From Pavona decussata (Eukaryota): 64,000 nt of DNA. Below are positions 37,573 through 48,887 of this stretch, piece after piece; position 1 is the stretch's first letter; each line of letters begins with the position of its first letter. The translations under genes were made by a program, and so were the position numbers. The notes beneath the pieces were generated by a model. That model did no database searches and was not told where the DNA came from. It saw only the letters and a list, made by a program, of their open reading frames with translations. The stretch lies in NCBI GenBank assembly GCA_977016875.1, contig CDRNST010000080.1:806001-870000 (forward strand). The letters run 5' to 3'.

Positions 37573-40500
37573 AACTGTAGCAGTGTCGCTTTAAGTTCGT
37601 CTCACTTCTAGACCGATCACAGCGGAGAATCAGCGACTTCTTCGTGATTTTGTCGTTCACTGGACTTTGAGTAGGGTGCAATAGCGTGCTCACTTAATAA
37701 AACAAAATTACCTCTCACGCGATGTTCAGCGACAAAGAGTTTTCAAAACGCTTGGATGAAAATAAACGGCAGTGCAATCATTAATATAGATACCGCTTTT
37801 GACCAAATGAAGTGGCCGGAGATAGCACAATGAAATAACTCTCATATTGCCCGGTCTGGTTAGCCAAATAAGATGTTAAAACCCACATTTGTTCCTTGTA
37901 AGTCGCATAATTGGCTTAGGTGAGGGATTAGAACGGATAAACATAGCTTGTCATCCGATAAGTCGCTCACGGTACAATCACGCCGTGTCACAGGGCTTTT
38001 ATCGAAAAAATATCATAATGCTAAGGGTAATTAGTTCCTGTCGCAAATACAGCATATTTTGAATATCTATATGTTCAAGCACAGTATCAACTATTCAACG
38101 TAAATTTTGTAAGCCCCTTCGGTGTGAATTGGTAGACACTTTGGAAAAGTCTTCAATTTTATCTGCTCGCCATAGACCGAGCAACATTTGCTAAGCTATA
38201 GCTAGGCTTATCTAACTTCACTCAACCTAATCAATGACTTCTCTTTTTAAAGCAATATATTAGAGATTCATAGCTAGATAGTGTAGCCATGTTTTGGAGC
38301 CCCGCTGGGATACGTTTACCGCAACAAAAATAAAACATAACAAAAGCCGACATAAAAATCGCAGTAAAGAGGAGTGTAGAAAATTAAACGATGTAGCACA
38401 TGTTAACAAACACGTTCTCGTAGACACGAAACACGAAACCCTCGCTATTAAACGGTTTAGATCCTGATGAAAAGTCTGTTCACAATTGAAGAAACTTCGG
38501 CTCCCAAAACGGCACTTGCTCAGCAACTCTTTTAGAGTTTAACACTATGCAGGCCAGTTTACATAGAAAAAAATAAACTTAAAAACCCACAACTGCAGTC
38601 TAAAGTTTTTCATTTTGCACACATGATTTAGGCGGATTACGAAGAAGGAAAAAAATAGATTCACACTAGCGCGCGATTTCGTTCTTTTAGAATTATCTTA
38701 AACTGATAAACCACTTTTAAGAGTGAAGCTTTTGTAAATAGTGGAAAACGTTGACGTTAATTTTGTTTTCACTTTTAAAAACACTCTCGATCGACGAGAG
38801 TGCAAATGTAGGCTAAATTTAAACGCTCAGTAAACCTTTTCACAATCTCTGACGCAATCTTGGTTGGGGGCAAAGACACGTCTAAAATTAAGCTTACTGG
38901 AATCAGTAAGTGTATGAGATTTGGCCGACTCTTCAACCTCTGTAACTCCACTTGAAATTTGACTCCCAATATATCTATTTGTCTTAAATTTCTGTGAATA
39001 TGTTTAGACAATAGACTCAAGCTAGAACGGCCGTAAATCAAATTTCTAAACTTCATACAAACTCTTAACCAAAACTGATGTACGCCGAATTCCCGCGAAA
39101 CTACAAACGACACGAGGGGATTTCTCTAAGAAATGTGTGACGGTCTCGTTTTTCATCAGATGAATGATTAGTTGAGATATTTTAAAATAATTCTTAGTGT
39201 CTAAAATCTGTCAATTTGGAGCAGAGTTACAGACGGTTCAAGTCACCTAAATTTCCATATATCAGTTTAGTACAATTTTAGTTGTGTTTGTCTGCTCAAC
39301 CAAGATGGCGTCTGAGACGTTTAAAGAGGTGCTTTGTCGTAACGCTTTTGTTTCGACTGTATGCCTTAACTTCGCCACAAGATCGCGAAGGACCTTGCTC
39401 TCATTATGTATGTATTCATTTAAGGAGTATGCACGAATCGTGGTGATTGATCCCCCAGAGAATACGCGAAATATTTCTTACAAGATTTATTGTCGTTCTT
39501 AATAATTTATATAACATCACATGCTGTTTATAGCAGATCAATGGCGCAGGTTTAACAACAAGTTTGTAGGACTAATTAGCTTTGGACTTAACTGCAGCTG
39601 AATTCGAAAAACAAAATCTAGTCTCTAAAATTAATGGTAAAAACCAAAAACTATCTTATAATATGACACTCAACCAGCTAGGGATAGATGAACTCTACGC
39701 TCAAATGGGTCTCCATATGACATGTCCCCTTTCCGTTGGTTGAGAGCCAATCTTGATGGTCTGCAGTTCTCCTCACACTCTTGAATGCACGAATGTCCTT
39801 AACAAGATCACGGCACCCAGCAGCGAGGGCGTATTTCAGGATTCAGAGAGCCTCAAAAACTTAATACCGAATTTTTTTTTTAGGAGTAATTGAAAATATT
39901 TTCTCCTTGACTGTAATTCCACTACTACTGCTTGAAACAGACAAAGGTGTGCAAGTGCACTGGATTGCTACTTTGTAACAAATGAATCATAATTACATTC
40001 ATACCTTCATGAAGGTGCATGATGATGAATCATTCAGTGTTGGGAAGTGTGTTATTAATCTTTGTACATTTCTTGGCGGTCCTCAGAAAAACAACGGGAA
40101 ATGCCTTTAATTGAGGTTTTGTGGAGAACGTGAGAACATGACGGCAACTGAAATTTTCAATCTTTTTATCATCTTGGACAGTGTTCCTAACAATTTTGTT
40201 CCAGGATAATTCGGCTACAATGTACTAAGTTGAACGAATAAGTATAATGGTCAATAATCGCGAAGTAGTGCAAGTAACGAAAACATATATTTTCAATCAA
40301 TGCAAGCTGGAAACTTGGACACAAAAACTGCCAACTTTAGTAACCTAAACTATTACGGTAATGCGCTATTATGATATACTTTCATCATCTGCCAACATTA
40401 TATTCCTACATCAGATAAACACCTACCACAGAAATTTGGCTAATGAATTTTATTCTTTTTTTTTGTAGGCTGTTGAAATGTATCCTAAATTAACTCAGAG

Positions 40501-42298
40501 ACATTAGGATTCTGTTAACTTGAAATTTCATCCTCAGATAATTTGCAACGTATTTGTTTAACAAGCCTTCAAGCTGTGAAGTAATTTTTAGAAAAATACA
40601 AAAACAACAAACAAATTTGACTATGATAGAAAACCCACCTGGCGTCTGGGTCTGCCGGAAAACTCAACGGCACTTCAACCGGCAATGTAACTCATACAGT
40701 TCGATACACTGCTACTTTAATAATTATTTCTTTCGGCCTAGCGATACTAAATTCTGTGTTTTAACAGGAACATCTTACATCTATTAAAATTCAAAACTAA
40801 AACAGAACCCGTTTACTTCGGCTCAGCGTTTTACATGAGCGACGTTTTCAGTTCTTTTTTCAAGCGAATATAACCAATGGCCGGTATCAAAGAACTTTTG
40901 ACAAGTCTTAAAGGTTGACGGAATTTGGAAGCGTTAGTAAAGGAAATAAATAAGTATAAATAAAAATTTAAATATTAAAAAGAGAAGCGTCCTAAACTGA
41001 GTTTGGTTTACTCGCACCAGCATAGCCAACCAAAAAAATTCGCCGAAAATATCGGGAGACAATTCGACACGCTTTCGGCACGTTTCAGATGTTTGGCGAC
41101 CTGAAAAATGGCACGCGCCATTTTAATCACTACTGACAACGGAAAAGATGGGAAAAATGATCGGAAAAGATCTACTATAAAGATAAATCTTTTCCGTTAT
41201 GTACTAATTAAAGTAAATGTTGACAAACAAGAACTTAAACGTCACTGCGGGCAGGTGGAGTGCCCGGTATTTGACCCACTGACTCCTCCGGAGCCGCTAG
41301 ACAAACAAGGACAGGAACTGACACTCGAGAGTCAGGGTGCGGGTAATGCTTGGGATTTTAAACTACATGCCTCTCGAACACATGTTAGCTGCTGTTGTGT
41401 GATACACACGTACACAACTGACTTCAGCGGCTTTGCATTGAAGGTAATCTGTGAGTGGCCTACTGGGCAGTTCATCTGGACTTTGACCAACCTGGCGTGC
41501 GTTTCTCAAACGGTCCTTAGAACTTATCAGTTTTTTTTCCGCGTGCACTACTTTCGCCATGACACTTCACTACTCCTCTTAGTTTCTTGAGTTCCTTAGG
41601 AAAGCCAGCCTCAAAAAATACTCCTACATGAATTAGATTATTCATTTTACACGTATCCGAACTTCACATTTCAGACTTTTGAGGTCTACGCATAAAGTCG
41701 ACTGATTAAGCCTACCACTACTTTTTCGCGCGCGCGTTCTAATTCTCTTTCGATTATCTTGGCGCTTCGCGTTCGATATTCGGGCCCAACCAGCTAAGAT
41801 GCCCCTGTCCATAGAATTAGAAAATGCGTTTCAGCAAATCTCGAACCCAGAGTCTTCAGGCTTTTTTGGTCGGGAGAGATTCTGGAGAATTCCAAAACTT
41901 ATTTTTTTTTTTTTTGATTGGCGGTAATAAAATTTTAGTTCGCCAGAGTCTCTTCCTAGCGACCAACCGCTGGCCGAAGAGCCAGAGGACTTTAGATACG
42001 AGATTGCTAAAGCTCATGTCGCCTCATGTGATACCGCTGGTCAAGAAGTGTGATTGCTCATTAAATTAAAATGCACACAACACCCAGTGTCTTCCAGCTG
42101 TACACACCGAGAACACCCTGGGGCATGTAATTCGGAGAAAAGAACGCGCGCAAATAAGGTGACGTAACAAATTATTATAACTACGTCACAACGACTCCGT
42201 AAGAAAATAAGTAAATAATTCGGTGTAAAAAGGACCGACTGATTTGAACTGACTAGCTTTTTTCGTGCAGTGATTCTCACTAAGACCAACCAAGACAG

Positions 42299-42538
42299 AT
42301 GGATTCCAATTTACCCATAGATTTGCCAAAACGAACCATTCCTCCTGGCCTTGTGGAGCTACTGGAAGGGTTTGTGCTTGTGGTACTTCGTGACAAGCCT
42401 CAGGACTTGGTGGAATACGCGTCGCAGTATTTTTCCCTGGCCAGAACAAGAAAGAATTCTCTGAAAGCCCATGGAGCTAGTGTGGATGATCTTGGAGTGG
42501 ATTTTTTCACTGCCTCAGAATGGAATGGACAGGTGTGA
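42299..42538 (+). CDS. RIIa D/D-domain microprotein 2 (79 aa)
   Basis: IPPGLVELLEGFVLVVLRDKPQDLVEYASQYF closely resembles PKA RII-alpha [32 protein letters not shown] as recalled. Ends EWNGQV*; AATAAA at 42684. Confidence 0.85.
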   Translation: MDSNLPIDLPKRTIPPGLVELLEGFVLVVLRDKPQDLVEYASQYFSLARTRKNSLKAHGASVDDLGVDFFTASEWNGQV

Positions 42539-42976
42539 ACGGGACAGTAACAAAGTCACAAGAGAACAATAGCGATTTGTACCGAACTGTATCATGTGCG
42601 AGCATTTGTGAAGGGTTAGAAATTGTCAAGAATGTGAAAATCGCTTTTGAAATTGTCCAGTTTCGTTCCTCTAACTTTCAATGAATAAAACTATAAAGCC
42701 AAAACCTGGTTAGCAGTCAGATACATTGGTTGAAAAAGTTGGTCTTTAAAACCAGCAAAAATTCGAATTTTAATAAAAATCACTTTTGAAACCTCGCTTG
42801 TTTACGGAGATATGGGCACAAGAATAGAGGCTTCTAGCACAACCGGGGTAGAGAGGAATTAAAGATTGAAAAGAAAAATTAAATTCAAGCGAACGTGTGA
42901 AAAAATAATCGCCTCCAAGGGCTCATTTCCTCTGACCAAGGGCTAATTCAGCACTCTAATCTCTTTTCGGTGGCCA

Positions 42977-43153
42977 AATAGGCCATTTCCGAGTTGCTGT
43001 GAACCTCATTTTGAAAGCGAGGCTAAGTGCAAAACTTTTCATATGAAAATTAGTTTTGTTTGCATATGAATGAAAACTAATTTTCATAATAAAAACTTTG
43101 CACTTAGCTTTGCTATCATAATGAGGTTCAAAGCAACTCGGAAATGGCCTATT
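42977..43153. mobile_element. Palindromic MITE nested in a Penelope-type pLTR remnant
   Basis: AATAGGCCATTTCCGAGTTGC ... GCAACTCGGAAATGGCCTATT. The flanks (CTGACCAAGGGCTAA...GGTGGCCAA | ACCTTA) resemble 29993-30070. Confidence 0.8.
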
Positions 43154-44227
43154 ACCTTACCAACGCTGTCAATAAAACCAAATATTCATAAAAATATAAT
43201 AGAGCCCGGGTAGCCCGACAGCTGTTTTGCCATTGCTAGGCCTTATCAGCAGGGGTATCATATGAACAAATCAAGTGATAACAGAGTGTACAAGGCTGCT
43301 GCCTAAGAAAAATTTTAGGGAGCCCTTCGGGCTCCTAAAGTTTAAAGTTAGGAGCCCGAGCCACATTGTTAGGAGCCCAGTTTGAAATCCATGTATTGTT
43401 TTTCCAAGATCATTACATAGGTTATAGAGGTTCTTGCACACTTTAATAAGAATTCGCCGGGCCTAATAAATAACACGTAAACAAGAATTAACCGAATTAT
43501 TTACTTTCATTTATTAATTTATTCAATTAACTTCCACATCTGTTGTGTTCAATGTGACCTAGAAGAGCCTTCAAAGAATTTTCTAAAATGTAACAATTAA
43601 ACTGCTTCTTACCTTTCTTATACACATTCATGAGCCGGAAAAATATTTGAGGGGCTTAATTTGCGTGTAAAAGGAATTTTCTCAATTTTCACAATAAAAG
43701 AATAACATAACAGTAGGTAATTTCAACTCAGAATTATTTACTTGACTTTCACATTTGTTCAGTAACAGTTGTGTTCCACATGACAACTTAACTAGTCTTC
43801 CAAAAACTTTCTAAAGTAGACCAATCCTCTCCTTGCCTTTTTTATACAAGAACAGGAAAAACAGAACAGAACATCAAGTGCCTTATGTAAACCTTAGCCT
43901 GGATGGATCTCATTAAATGAAGTGCTAAACATTTGAGGAATCATTTAAATTGAATAACATTTTCCTATCTGATTCTGTGCTATAAAAGAATTTTATGTCA
44001 ATGTAACTACATTGTAAATTCAAAAGATCATTTTTTTAAGTCTTATAAGTTCTCCAAAACAGCTCGGAGTTGTCCAAAACAGCTCCATTTTAGAAGAGCT
44101 TAATTAGCCCCTCAAATAGTACTGTATTTTACTCAAGGAAAAACTCCCAATTTTGGGTCCAAAACAGATCCTTTGAATTCACAGTGTAGTTTACAATAAA
44201 TTAAATCACAGCATTGAGCAATGTTCA

Positions 44228-47200
44228 TCAGTCTTTTGGTTTTGTCCCCTTAAGAGAACTCCAGGTTCTAGCCTCTGGATGTTTGTCCACCCAGTTCTCT
44301 CGTCGGGCTCTGACACTGTTTTCTCGCCAATGCTTGACTGCATTGGCAAGGTGCCCAGATTGAGCGAAGGCCTTGACTCTCTCTGATTTGTTCAGGCTGT
44401 GGTACTTAACTGAGATACGCAAGTTGTTGTCCAGTGTCCTAGTTGCAAGACTTGAACGCTGAATAGTTTTAGTGCGGTTCATGGAGCTGAAACCTCGCTC
44501 ACAAGCTGCGGTGGACAAAGGCCAGGTGAACACAATCTCGGCAATCAAAAGGAAGTTAGGAAATTCTTCTTGTTTAGAAAACAACACAGAGTAAATGTCA
44601 GGTGTTGTCTTGTGCTTCATTAGACTCACAAGGCTCTTAACTCCCTGCCACTCACTACTGACAGACTCAGCTTTAAAACCAGCTTTTTGCAACTGCTCTT
44701 GGTACCTGTTAGCGATTACACAGAGCTGATCACAACCATAAGACGCTAACTCTTCAGGATCTGTAGGCCACGTGTCTGGATCTAAAACTGAAGAAGCCTT
44801 TACAACTGGGTCGTTAAAGAGGTAATGGAATCGCTCCCCCATGCTCTGTCCAATTTCATCCAAAACAGACTTTCTGATCTTCTCAAATTGTTCAATATCA
44901 TTGTCTTCCCTTTTGATCTCAATTTCTCTGAACACACTGCCATCCCCTGCTTCTTTCAAAAACGCCTCAAGTCTTGGACCATTTAACGACTTCATATTAA
45001 GACACTGTAATTCAAATTTTCGAACTGCTGCCGCTGCGGTTGTAACTGTAAGAAACTCAGCTTGAAAAACCTTACTTAAATGAGCTGCTTCCTCCGCAAT
45101 GTCCCACAGAAAACTGGTAAAGAGCAACCCTCTGAATGAGGTTAAGAACTTGACCGAAAATGATGCTCGCCCCTGTCTACCACTTGATCCTACACGCATC
45201 TCTCTTGTGTTCTGGCAATGCATCATGAGAGTTTTATATCCCCGAAACAGTACCTGGAGTGCGGTTTGAAGATGTGGCAACCATCTAGCTCCAAACACAT
45301 TAGTAGGCTTAGAGATCTGGTTATCTAGTGCTTCAGCTAACTCTCTTAATTCCCTGAGGGCCTTGGCGCTGTAGTGATATTCCTGGTATAAACTGCGAAG
45401 GACATCACGTACTTTCACAAAATCTGGGTATTTTTCTAGGCACTTGACAACTGCCAATTCAAGCTTGTGTGCTCCGCACCAGAATCCCATAAATTCTCTA
45501 TTTTCTTGCCTCAATAAACCAACCACTCCGTTCTTCTCACCTGTCATTGCCGCACAGCCATCAGTTCCCAGGCCTGTAATTTTCTCCTTCCAGGTGACTG
45601 AATTCATGTTGGTTACTCTTTGGAAACAGGAATCAACCGCATCTAAATAACCTCTTCCAGTTCCAGCCTTAGGTTCTTCGATTCCAAGATATGCAGTGAC
45701 CGGTCTTCCAACTGACTTTTCCAAGTAGCGCACATACATAATGGCTTCCTCAATGACACCATGATCTGTACTTCCATCAATCATTAGGGAGAAAAAATTA
45801 CATTCCTTCAATTTGTCTGCGAGATCCTCCTTCATAACAGAGCTTATGTGCTCAATGAACTCAGTACATGCAGATCGTGTTAAGTAAGTTTCACCCAGCT
45901 CCACCCCATTTAACTTTTGAAGCGCACAGAGACTTTAATAGTCATCTAATGGCCGTTCTAATGCTGAAATGTAGAAGGCTGTTTTAAATTTCTTCTCCAT
46001 TTTTTCGTCTTCTTTTTCGTATAACTGCTTACAGCACTTGTACATTTCAGTTTTTTTCGGATCATTTATGGCTTTGTCCGCAGCAATACATTTTTTATGG
46101 TTCTGGCTTGTTTCATGTTTTTTTAATGTTTCGTTTTTGAAGTTGCTTGACCCACTTCTCTTAGCTATTTCACTGTCCTTTGATGCTAAAGAAGGGTGCT
46201 TCGAGCAAACACCACAGTACATTGATTTCACTGCTGTTCCAACAGGTTGTGAATTTGGGTAGGGTGTGTTAGTAATGAATGGCTGCATTGTGCCTTTTCT
46301 TACAAGGTTTATACGCAACCAAGAATGGGCTTGAAGCCACTTCCACTGAAATGACCTTGTCCGTTTTTGTTCATATTCCTTACGTTTGTCCATAGCATTA
46401 GCGTGATTTTCCCTTGTCCTATCCGATTCATCCTTTCCATCTTCTTCTATCTTCCTATTCACCTCAATCTTCCTTTTATCATCCATCGTCGTTGCACTCT
46501 TTACCTTTCTTTCACCCTCCATGTTCTTTTCTGCAGCCATTTTTCTTGCATCCATCTTCCCCTGATCATCCTCCATTTTTCTCTCATCTTCCATATCTGT
46601 TTCGTCCTGCATCTTAAATTCATCTGTCATCTTCGTTTCATCCTGCATCTTCAATTCCTTTTCCATCTTCATGTCATCCTGAATCTTTAATTCTTCCTCC
46701 ACCAGCATTTTTTCCTTCATCTTTATTTTGTCCTCTGTCTTCTTTTCTGTCTTCCCATCATCCCCCATTTTCATTCTTTTATTGTTTATGCCTGCTTCAT
46801 TTCTCTTTTTCTTTTTACATTCTGTTGGAAACCAAAAGTCTTCCAAACTAAACGACCTTTTCGGGGGGGATGCTTTTTTAGTGGACTGGTCAGCAACTTT
46901 GCGGTAGTCTTTAGCAGTTTTGACTGCATGATCGGCATATTCCTTTTTAAAAAGGGGGACAAAGTGGTTAGGAACATAAATAGCATTTGGGCGGCTGTCT
47001 AATCCACCATCCCTTGACCACAGAATATGAAAGCAATCATTATTGGAAAACACGTCTGGCCTGTTAATACGTGGTTTCACTAAGCCATGTAAGAGGGGGC
47101 GAATAGCTTCTGCACAACTTGGATAGATTGTAAAGACAGGCCTGGAAATCACTGTGGAAAGTGCCATGATGTGCATCAGCGACGACCATTCACCTAGCTG

Positions 47201-48770
47201 ACATCCCCCAATTGCCTCACTCTGGATAGCAGACTCACGGTTGCCACTGTGCTCCCACTCTGCTATTCCATTTTCTTTCAGTGCGAGCGTGAAAACGGTG
47301 ACTTCTCCAAAGGGACACCCACATTGAAGAGCTTCCCGGAATCGCGGATGGTTTCCATAGTAGGCAGTATTTTCAAACAGCTCAATGGCTGTCAGAATAC
47401 GAAGACAAGTAGAGTATTCTGTTGTACCCACAAGGGCCAGAGAAATGGCGTGGTACAGGCAATTTCCATCCCCAGCGACTTCATGAGCAATAAGGCCAGT
47501 TGGTGCATCACACGGAATAAGGGACTGTGCCAGTTGGTCTTGTTTTAGCTTATCAGATCTCGGGAAGGACTGGTTAAGGTTTAATTTTCGCGAATATTTG
47601 TCCCTTAACTTGCAACACAAATCTTGGTTATTGCTAATCAGGGCTTCTTTCAAAGTTTTTAAGTCAGCAACCTGAAATATAAAGAAAACCGGCCCACTCT
47701 GTGAACTGTTCAAAACTTGTTATATTTTATTGAGGACCTTGGCCTCAATGAGGCTAGACCAGTTATACACAGTGTAGCGTTACTATAAAGATATCAAGTG
47801 GCATTTCATTTTAAAATATCTTATATCTGTCACTAAAGGAATAAAGATTCCCGCGGCCAAACCCCGAAAGATTTTGTATTTGTAAGCGAATAAAAATATA
47901 GCCCAATTACAAGTCAGTATCAGAAGAAAACAATTGATAACCGAAGTACCGTATTTATTCACTTATAAGACGCACCTTTGTTTACGAAAATTTGTGCTTG
48001 CTCGATAAAAATTTTCTCAAAACTCGGGGTGCGTCTTATAACCGAGTATTTTCCCGCAACAAAATTTAACTTTGCCAAATTTCCTTATAATTAATGTTCA
48101 ACTAAGATGAGAATGAATAAACAAGAGATTCATCGTTGCATGGTCATCTTGAAGGTAAATTCCTGGTTTGGTTATGGAAAAGAGAGATTCTCCATCTGAG
48201 CCGTCAGAACTGGTTACCTAGCACGTGATCAAAATCTGCCCCGATCAAATTTCCTTCCACGACAAAAATAGCCGTGTCACGAAAATGATATTTGTTACAT
48301 TTCAAGCGCTACTGTCTTAAACTTTCTGCACTTTTCTGTGAGCATGTTCCAGAACCAAACTCAACATCAGTGTATCGAAGCTGTAGAAACTGTACGCGAA
48401 AAGAAGCCGTTTTTATTATAAGTGAAATATCAAGCTTACAGTATCTTTGATCTCAAAACAAACGCGGTTCAAATTTCATTAGTCAAAGAAAATTTGCATG
48501 AATTTGCGAGGCAATCACAGACAGCTACCTAGCTGATCTGCTATTTCGTTTAGAAGGTCAAGAATGTCAAGTTGTCACTACGGATTAAATAAAACCGCAT
48601 TGAATATAGGTCAAATGAAGGCACAGCATCTTCGGTTGTGTTTTAAAAGCGGGAAATATATTTCATTGTTTTGAAAGAGACAGTTTCCAAATCGTTATCT
48701 ATATTAATATAAATGTTCACATACGGAGTCGTAAGAAATAAACATTGCTTACCTGTTGCGAGAATTCCAT
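44228..48770 (-). pseudogene. OTU (Vertnin-like)-zinc finger-hAT transposase fusion, ~1150 codons, with one in-frame TAA at 45935-45937
   Basis: Predicted exon 1 48753-48770 (MEFSQQ|GTAAGC) splices in phase 0 to exon 2 44228-47671. The two track ORFs are in the same frame: LDDY*SLCALQKLNGVELGETY. OTU motifs GDGNCLY and PNHFVPL; Zn-finger MYCGVC...HETSQNH; ZNF862-like catalytic motifs IDGSTD, GTDG, CGAH, RW and STAACERGFS. Confidence 0.88.
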
Positions 48771-48801
48771 TGTAGTCACTGGGCTTAAGACAAATTGCTG
48801 A

Positions 48802-48887
48802 AACCTTTGTCGATTTTAGCGAGAAAAGAAGAACCTTTGCCGATTTTAGCGGGAAAAGCAGAACCTTTGCCGATTTTAGCGGGAAAG
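48802..48887. repeat. 30-bp tandem repeat (about 3 copies) in the transposon 5' region
   Basis: Unit AACCTTTGCCGATTTTAGCGGGAAAAGCAG, starting ~30 bp upstream of the predicted ATG. Confidence 0.85.

Noticed and set aside
37309-42538. D/D ORFs as first exons or retro-pseudogenes of PKA RII
   Set aside because: No cAMP-binding-domain exons seen nearby, and the shared peptide tail and stop position are conserved through synonymous changes.
45935-45937. Programmed stop-codon read-through in the transposase
   Set aside because: TAA-A is a poor read-through context and falls inside a conserved domain; a nonsense mutation or base error is simpler.
48802-48887. CRISPR-like array
   Set aside because: Contiguous tandem units with no unique spacers, in a eukaryotic transposon context.
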